From Dickeya solani IPO 2222 (GTDB taxonomy: Bacteria > Pseudomonadota > Gammaproteobacteria > Enterobacterales > Enterobacteriaceae), in NCBI RefSeq assembly GCF_001644705.1, contig NZ_CP015137.1, positions 3,570,001-3,602,000 on the forward strand: a stretch of 32,000 bases of DNA, read 5' to 3'. A program made the position numbers and the translations under genes. Position 1 is the stretch's first letter. Each line of letters opens with the position of its first letter. Positions 26,385 through 32,000 of this stretch are shown here, one piece after another. The notes beneath the pieces were generated by a model that worked only from the letters and a program-made list of their open reading frames with translations, was not told the origin of the DNA and did not search any database.

Positions 26385-27494
26385 ATGAACGATAAACTCC
26401 CTGCGCAAAACCCCGAGATGTTGCGCGCCATGGTGAACGGCGTGCTGTCCTCCTTTACGCACCCGACGCTGAAAAATAACCTGACCACGCTTAATGCGCT
26501 GCACCATTGCGCGCTGCTGGACGATGTACTGCATATTGAACTGACCATGCCGTTTGTCTGGCTGAGCGGTCTGACGGATCTGAAAGACAGCGTCAGCGAA
26601 GAATTGCTGCGCCTGTGCGGTGCCCGTGAAGTGGAATGGCGGTTGACCCATAACATCGCCACGCTGCGCCGCGTCAACAATCAGGCGGGCGTCAACGGTG
26701 TGAAGAACATTATCGCCGTCAGTTCCGGCAAGGGCGGCGTCGGGAAGTCCAGCACTGCGGTGAATATGGCGCTGGCGCTGGCGGCCGAAGGGGCCAGCGT
26801 CGGTATTCTGGACGCCGATATCTATGGGCCGTCTATCCCCACCATGCTGGGCGCGGCCAGCGAGCGACCGACCTCGCCGGACGGGCAGCACATGGCGCCG
26901 ATCATGGCGCACGGTCTTGCCACCAACTCTATCGGCTATCTGGTTACCGACGATAACGCCATGGTGTGGCGCGGGCCGATGGCCAGCAAGGCGCTGCTGC
27001 AACTGTTGCAGGACACGCTGTGGCCGGATCTGGATTATCTGGTGCTGGACATGCCGCCGGGCACCGGCGACATCCAGCTCACGCTGGCGCAGAACGTGCC
27101 GGTCACCGGCGCGGTGGTGGTGACCACCCCGCAGGATATCGCGCTGGTGGATGCGATGAAGGGCATCGTGATGTTCGAGAAGGTGAAGGTGCCGGTGCTG
27201 GGCATCGTGGAGAACATGAGCGTGCATATCTGCAGCAACTGCGGTCATCTGGAGCCGATTTTCGGCACCGGCGGCGCGCAGAAACTGGCGGAAAAATACC
27301 ACTGTGCCTTGCTGGGCCAGTTGCCGCTGCACATTTCGCTACGCGAAGACCTGGATCGTGGCGAACCGACCGTGGTCAGCCAGCCGGACAGTGAGTTCAC
27401 CCAGTTGTACCGCGAACTGGCGGGGCAGGTGGCGGCCCAACTGTACTGGCAGGGAGAGGTGATCCCGACGGAGATCGCGTTCCGCGCGGTGTGA
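26385..27494 (+). CDS. apbC: Fe-S cluster carrier ATPase ApbC/Mrp.
   Basis: The track ORF starts at 26145. The real start is the ATG at 26385 (MNDKLPAQNPEMLRAMVNGVLSSFTHPTLKNNLTTLNALHH, 369 aa), with an AAGGAG RBS. The protein is collinear with E. coli Mrp, sharing the deviant Walker A SGKGGVGKSS, DMPPGTGDIQL and CSNCGH. Confidence 0.95.
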   Translation: MNDKLPAQNPEMLRAMVNGVLSSFTHPTLKNNLTTLNALHHCALLDDVLHIELTMPFVWLSGLTDLKDSVSEELLRLCGAREVEWRLTHNIATLRRVNNQAGVNGVKNIIAVSSGKGGVGKSSTAVNMALALAAEGASVGILDADIYGPSIPTMLGAASERPTSPDGQHMAPIMAHGLATNSIGYLVTDDNAMVWRGPMASKALLQLLQDTLWPDLDYLVLDMPPGTGDIQLTLAQNVPVTGAVVVTTPQDIALVDAMKGIVMFEKVKVPVLGIVENMSVHICSNCGHLEPIFGTGGAQKLAEKYHCALLGQLPLHISLREDLDRGEPTVVSQPDSEFTQLYRELAGQVAAQLYWQGEVIPTEIAFRAV

Positions 27495-27504
27495 TCTCGC
27501 CTGG

Positions 27505-27540
27505 CGGATACCGTGATTCAGTGCGGTATCCGTTGTCTTT
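27505..27540 (+). terminator. Rho-independent terminator of apbC.
   Basis: The stem is cggataccg-tgattcagtg-cggtatccg, followed by ttgtcttt. It lies 11 nt after the stop codon. A second 8-bp hairpin, catctgac...gtcagatg, follows at 27543-27569. Confidence 0.75.
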
Positions 27541-27781
27541 GGCATCTGACGGCATGTGGCGGTCAGATGCGGTGTGTACTCATAGCATAAGCCCGCGTAA
27601 TGCTGGCGCGAATCGTGCTAACTCCCTATAATTGCCGCGTCCAGACACCTCAGGCTGTGTCCCGCAATGAATTATGCATGCTGCTGATGGCTATCCTTCG
27701 GCGCAACCCGGCGCAAGCCGCGTCCGAACAGTCTGGTATGTCCCCCTCCTTATTTTTTTTGTTAATCAGGTCTTTATTGCC

Positions 27782-28423
27782 ATGACTGATAAGTCTCGCC
27801 ACTGTGTCATCATCGGGATTGCCGGCGCGTCCGCATCCGGAAAAAGTCTTATTGCCAGCACCCTGTACCGCGAATTGCGCGATCAGGTGGGTGATGAACA
27901 CATTGGCGTCATCCCGGAAGACAGCTACTACAAGGATCAATCCCACCTGACCATGGAAGAACGGGTCAAAACCAACTACGACCACCCCAGCGCCATGGAT
28001 CACAGCCTGCTGCTGCAACACCTGCAGATGCTCAAGGCCGGCCAGCCGATTGAATTGCCGCAGTACAGCTATGTGCAGCACACCCGCTTGCAGGAAACGG
28101 TGCATCTGGCGCCGAAGAAGGTGATTATCCTGGAAGGCATTCTGCTGTTGACCGACGCCCGGCTGCGAGAGGAAATGAATTTCTCCATTTTTGTCGATAC
28201 CCCGCTGGATATCTGCCTGATGCGTCGTATGCGCCGCGATGTAAACGAACGCGGCCGCTCGATGGACTCCGTGATGGAACAATATAAGAAAACGGTGCGT
28301 CCGATGTTCCTGCAGTTCATCGAACCGTCCAAGCAATATGCGGACATCATCGTGCCGCGCGGCGGCAAGAACCGCATCGCCATTGATATTCTTAAGGCGA
28401 AAATCAGCCAGTTCTTTGAGTAG
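27782..28423 (+). CDS. udk: Uridine/cytidine kinase.
   Basis: The track ORF starts at 27674. The real start is the ATG at 27782 ([56 protein letters not shown], 213 aa). The protein is nearly identical to E. coli Udk through to the C-terminal [11 protein letters not shown]. Confidence 0.96.
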   Translation: MTDKSRHCVIIGIAGASASGKSLIASTLYRELRDQVGDEHIGVIPEDSYYKDQSHLTMEERVKTNYDHPSAMDHSLLLQHLQMLKAGQPIELPQYSYVQHTRLQETVHLAPKKVIILEGILLLTDARLREEMNFSIFVDTPLDICLMRRMRRDVNERGRSMDSVMEQYKKTVRPMFLQFIEPSKQYADIIVPRGGKNRIAIDILKAKISQFFE

Positions 28424-28524
28424 GCTGTACGTTGAGAAAACCCTGAAGCAGGTGGAACCGGCATGGCATTTCCGGCGCTGCTGTGGCAGTTTGATCACCT
28501 GCGAGAGTCTGACTGGAGAAGATG

Positions 28525-29106
28525 ATGAGACTGTGCGACCGTGATATTGAAACCTGGCTGGACGACGGCCGGTTGTCGATTACGCCGCGCCCCCCGATCG
28601 AGCGGATTAACGGCGCCACGGTGGACGTGCGGCTGGGTAATCAGTTTCGGGTGTTTAGCGGTCATACCGCGCCGTTCATTGATCTGAGCGGGCCGAAGGA
28701 CGAGGTTAGCGCCGCGCTGGATCGGGTGATGAGCGATGAAATCAATCTGGCGGAAGGCGACGCGTTTTTCCTGCATCCGGGAGAACTGGCGCTGGCGGTG
28801 ACGCTGGAGTCGGTGACGCTGCCGGATAATCTGGTCGGCTGGCTGGACGGCCGCTCTTCGCTGGCGCGTTTAGGGCTGATGGTGCATGTGACCGCCCACC
28901 GCATCGATCCGGGATGGCAGGGGGGCATCGTGCTGGAGTTCTACAACTCGGGCAAACTGCCGCTGGCGCTGCGTCCTGGTATGATCATCGGCGCGCTGAG
29001 TTTCGAACCGCTTTCCGGTCCCGCCGCGCGTCCGTATAACCGACGTGAAGACGCGAAATACAAGGACCAGCAGGGCGCGGTGGCAAGTCGGATTGACAAA
29101 GACTAG
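28525..29106 (+). CDS. dcd: dCTP deaminase.
   Basis: [39 protein letters not shown]...AVASRIDKD is collinear with E. coli Dcd (193 aa). The track starts one codon earlier, at the first ATG of an ATGATG pair. The second ATG has better spacing from the GGAG RBS and matches E. coli. Confidence 0.95.
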   Translation: MRLCDRDIETWLDDGRLSITPRPPIERINGATVDVRLGNQFRVFSGHTAPFIDLSGPKDEVSAALDRVMSDEINLAEGDAFFLHPGELALAVTLESVTLPDNLVGWLDGRSSLARLGLMVHVTAHRIDPGWQGGIVLEFYNSGKLPLALRPGMIIGALSFEPLSGPAARPYNRREDAKYKDQQGAVASRIDKD

Positions 29107-29138
29107 CTGGGCCGGGTACGACAGCGAATGAGGATGGC

Positions 29139-30953
29139 ATGAGAAGACTGTTTACCGCGCTGGTGATTCTGCTGGTGGTGCTGGCGGCAGGCATGACGGC
29201 GCTGGTGGTGTTGATTAACCCGAACGATTTCCGGGCCTATATGGTACGGCAGGTCGAGGCGCGCACTGGTTACCGGCTGAATCTGGATGGCGACTTGCGC
29301 TGGCATGTCTGGCCGCAACTGAGCATTTTGTCCGGCAACCTGTCGGTGAGCGCGCCGGGCGCGGCCGCACCACTGATCAGCGCTGAGAATATGCGGCTGG
29401 ACGTGAAACTCTGGCCGTTGTTGTCGCATCAGTTGGAAGTGAAACAGGTGATGCTCAAAGGCGCGGTGATTCGCCTGACGTCCGACAGCGACGCGCGGGC
29501 GGCCGGTCCGGTGCCGATTGCGCCGGGCGGGACATCGTCGCCTGAGCCGGAGACCCCGTGGCGTTTTGATATCAACCGGGTTGACGTGGCCGACAGCCTG
29601 CTGGTGTTCCAGCGCGGAAACGCGCCGGTTCTGAATGTTCGCGACATCAACCTGACGATGGAAAGCGACAGTGCCCGGCAGGTGCGGGTGTCGCTCTCCA
29701 GCCGTTTCAACCGCGACCAACGTGACTTGTCGTTCTCGCTTAACGCCATGCTGAACATGCAGAACTACCCGCAGCAGATCGGCGCCGATGTCGGAAGCGT
29801 CAGTTACCAGTTGCAGGGCGCGGGGCTGCCGACAGAGGGCATCAGCGGTAAAGGGACGCTTCGAGGCAGTTATCAGCGTCAGCCGGAGAAACTGACCATC
29901 AGCCAGTTTGCCCTGAGCGCCAATAGCAGCCAACTGAATGGTTCGTTATCCACCACCTTCGGCGCCACGCCGGAGTATGTGCTGGATCTGCAATCGGAAA
30001 AACTGGATCTGGACGCGTTGCTGGGGCTGACGCACGCCGCCTCGTCGAGCGACGGCGGCGACAAAACGGTAATAGCCAAACCGGTGTTTTCGCATGATCA
30101 GCCGCCGGAACCTTATCAGGGGCTGCGTAGCTCGATTGCCAACGTGTCGGTGGCCGCTAATACGCTGATTTACCGCGGTATGACGGTCAACCAGTTTACC
30201 CTGCGGGGCAGCAATCAGCGCGGCAAGGTCCGGGTCACTGACTTTAGCGGTCAGGTGGGGGAAGGGCGTTTCTCATTGCCGGGGTCGATGGATGTGGGGG
30301 CGTCGCCGGCTATCACTATTCAGCCCACGCTGAAAGCGATGGAGCTGTCGACGTTGCTGCCGCTGTTCGGCCTGCCTGACGGCTTGCAGGGCAAACTCAG
30401 CCTGCAAGGACGGCTGAGCGGCGACGAGTTGTCGCGGCAAGCGCTGCTCTCACAATGGCGGGGAACGGCGTCGGTGCAGTTCGACCAGTTGCGGCTGTCG
30501 GGGCTGAACGTCCAGCAGTTGATCCAGCAGGCGGCGGCGCGCAGCAACAGCGGCGTTCAGACGCCGGACGACTACGCCCGCTACACCGACATTCGGCAGA
30601 TGAGCGGCGACGCGACGCTCAACGCCGGCAAACTGGATTTGCAGTCATTAGCCGGGCAGTCCGAGGCGTTGACGGTGAACGGTGACGGTCAGTTCGACTT
30701 ACCCGCCCAGCGTTGCGATATCAATCTGGATGTGCGCATAACGCAAGGGTGGAAAGGGGATAGCCAACTGGTGCAACTGCTGCAGGATACCGCTATTCCG
30801 TTCCGTCTGTACGGCGAATTCGGCAACCTGAACTACCAGTTGCAGGTCGAACAGTTGCTGCGTAAGCGGCTACAGGACGAGATGAAAAAACGCCTGAATG
30901 ACTGGGCTGAGAAAAATCAGCCGGCCTCCAAAACCCCGGCGACGGGCATGTGA
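29139..30953 (+). CDS. asmA: AsmA, an outer-membrane assembly / lipid-transport AsmA-family protein.
   Basis: The 604-aa protein starts MRRLFTALVILLVVLAAGMTALVVLINPNDFRAYMVRQVEARTGYRLNLDGDLRWHVWPQLSILSG and ends ...LNYQLQVEQLLRKRLQDEMKKRLNDWAEKN, collinear with E. coli AsmA. A GAGGA RBS is present. Confidence 0.93.
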   Translation: MRRLFTALVILLVVLAAGMTALVVLINPNDFRAYMVRQVEARTGYRLNLDGDLRWHVWPQLSILSGNLSVSAPGAAAPLISAENMRLDVKLWPLLSHQLEVKQVMLKGAVIRLTSDSDARAAGPVPIAPGGTSSPEPETPWRFDINRVDVADSLLVFQRGNAPVLNVRDINLTMESDSARQVRVSLSSRFNRDQRDLSFSLNAMLNMQNYPQQIGADVGSVSYQLQGAGLPTEGISGKGTLRGSYQRQPEKLTISQFALSANSSQLNGSLSTTFGATPEYVLDLQSEKLDLDALLGLTHAASSSDGGDKTVIAKPVFSHDQPPEPYQGLRSSIANVSVAANTLIYRGMTVNQFTLRGSNQRGKVRVTDFSGQVGEGRFSLPGSMDVGASPAITIQPTLKAMELSTLLPLFGLPDGLQGKLSLQGRLSGDELSRQALLSQWRGTASVQFDQLRLSGLNVQQLIQQAAARSNSGVQTPDDYARYTDIRQMSGDATLNAGKLDLQSLAGQSEALTVNGDGQFDLPAQRCDINLDVRITQGWKGDSQLVQLLQDTAIPFRLYGEFGNLNYQLQVEQLLRKRLQDEMKKRLNDWAEKNQPASKTPATGM

Positions 30954-30977
30954 CGCGCATCAGGTGTTTTCAGTGAA

Positions 30978-31009
30978 ACAACAAAGGCGGCCGAGGCCGC
31001 CTTTGTTGT
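30978..31009. terminator. Long perfect 15-bp hairpin between the convergent asmA and yegH genes; a candidate bidirectional terminator.
   Basis: acaacaaaggcggcc-ga-ggccgcctttgttgt lies 25 nt after the asmA stop and 31 nt after the yegH stop. Confidence 0.65.
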
Positions 31010-31039
31010 GCCCGCGTGCGGGTTGATGCGCTGCGGGGC

Positions 31040-32000
31040 TTACACCTCATAGTCCGGTTGCGGATGGGGTTCAGGGATGATCAACACCTTCACGATGCGG
31101 TGGCTTTCCACGGTCAGCACCTGGAACAGGGCATTGTCGATACGCACCTCATCGCCCTCCTGCGGGATTTTCTGCGCATACTCCATCAGTAAGCCGGCCA
31201 GCGTGTGGTATTCGCGCTTTTCGTTCAGTTGCAGCGGGATATACATCAGTAAATCTTCGACCGGCAGATAGCCGTTGGCGGTCAGGGTGCCGTCTTCGTT
31301 TTCCTGAATATCATGGCGGGCGTCCAGCTCTTCCCCTTCCAGCGGCAGATTGCCGGCGATGGTTTCCATGACATCGCTTAGCGTGACAATCCCTTCGACC
31401 GAGCCGAACTCGTCGGCCACAAAGGCAAAGTGCGTGTGCGCCTCACGGAACTGTTCCAGCGCGGACAGCAGCGACAATTGCTCCGGAAACACCAGCGGCT
31501 GGCGGATCAGCGCGCGCAGATTCAGCGCTTGCCCGTGCAACTGCTGACGCAGCAGATCGATCAGGTGCACCACGCCCAGCGGTTCGCTGGATACGTGGCT
31601 GTCGAACATCACCAGCCGGGTGTGCTGGTTTTTTTCCATCAGTTCGTGGAAGTCCACCGGGTCGATGTTGACGTCCACGTGTTCGATATCGTGGCGGATG
31701 GTCATGATGCTGCTGACTGAACGCTGCGACATGCCGAGCACGCGCTCGATCATGCGCTGTTCCTGCTGGTTGAACACCGGCTGGCCGGTGCTGCCGGTGT
31801 TATCCGCCACCCGGTCGGCGGCCTGTTTGTCCAGCTCTGCTTCCTCATGCTCGCCGCGCAGCAATCGCAATACCGCTTCCGCCGTACGCTGGCGTAACGG
31901 GGTCGATGAAGAGAGAAAACGTCGGCGGTTGAACTGCGCCAACTGGTTGAGCATCTCGATCATGACTGAGAAACCGATGGCAGCGTAAAGGTAACCTTTG
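31040..32000 (-). CDS. yegH: YegH-type inner-membrane protein (TerC-family membrane domain, CBS pair and CorC/HlyC transporter-associated domain). The 5' end runs off the right window edge.
   Basis: The track reports 31040..31963, but the frame stays open to position 32000. The upstream codons read ...KGYLYAAIGFSVMIEMLNQLA, which matches the last TerC-type helix of E. coli YegH. The visible part includes the CBS-pair region (VSSIMTIRHDIEHVD...) and the C-terminal CorC_HlyC-like domain. The position next to asmA is the same as in E. coli. Confidence 0.85.
   Translation of the reverse strand, partial: KGYLYAAIGFSVMIEMLNQLAQFNRRRFLSSSTPLRQRTAEAVLRLLRGEHEEAELDKQAADRVADNTGSTGQPVFNQQEQRMIERVLGMSQRSVSSIMTIRHDIEHVDVNIDPVDFHELMEKNQHTRLVMFDSHVSSEPLGVVHLIDLLRQQLHGQALNLRALIRQPLVFPEQLSLLSALEQFREAHTHFAFVADEFGSVEGIVTLSDVMETIAGNLPLEGEELDARHDIQENEDGTLTANGYLPVEDLLMYIPLQLNEKREYHTLAGLLMEYAQKIPQEGDEVRIDNALFQVLTVESHRIVKVLIIPEPHPQPDYEV

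Noticed and set aside
26367-29933. Long antisense ORFs opposite apbC (26367..27332), udk (27650..28498) and asmA (29103..29933).
   Set aside because: The reasoning is the same: each lies opposite a gene that is collinear with its E. coli orthologue, and the translated sequences are Arg/His/Gln-rich with no domain signatures.
1-32000. I searched by eye for CRISPR arrays, IS elements or transposases, integrases, tRNA/rRNA genes, toxin-antitoxin pairs and known phage-defence genes.
   Set aside because: I found no regularly spaced repeats, no long terminal inverted repeats flanking the accessory genes, no cloverleaf-like or rRNA-like sequences, and no ORFs with recombinase, nuclease or ATPase defence signatures. 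All sizeable ORFs are accounted for by the features listed.

Overview
This is a chromosomal segment from a high-GC enterobacterium. Gene content and protein similarity to E. coli suggest a Pectobacteriaceae-like organism such as Dickeya or Brenneria, but that is inference only. Most of the window consists of two conserved housekeeping blocks. Block 1 (6336-20680) is collinear with E. coli: galM-galK-galT-galE (minus strand), modF-modE (minus), then acrZ, modA, modB, modC (plus), ybhA (minus) and pgl (plus). Block 2 (24062-32000) holds metG (minus), apbC/mrp, udk, dcd and asmA (plus), and a 5'-truncated yegH (minus). Four accessory loci interrupt or flank these blocks. (a) At 1-6220 there is a Cus-type Cu/Ag RND efflux operon with unusual architecture: an unknown Cys/His-rich membrane protein, a Met-rich CusF, an outer-membrane factor without a lipobox, a CusB carrying a C-terminal CusF-like domain, and CusA, which is truncated by the window edge. 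(b) At 16399-18270 a secreted sedolisin (S53) peptidase is inserted between modC and ybhA, with an AT-rich upstream region. (c) At 20748-23099 a two-gene operon encodes an orphan periplasmic sugar-binding protein and a signal-less LVIVD-repeat beta-propeller protein. (d) At 23350-23781 there is a small secreted, possibly VirK-like protein with paired 13-bp palindromic boxes upstream. I found no tRNA, rRNA, CRISPR array, transposase, integrase or recognisable defence or toxin-antitoxin genes. The ORF track uses alternative start codons and the longest ORF, so several starts were re-set by homology, RBS position and start/stop coupling. One real gene, acrZ (49 aa), falls below the track's size cut-off.
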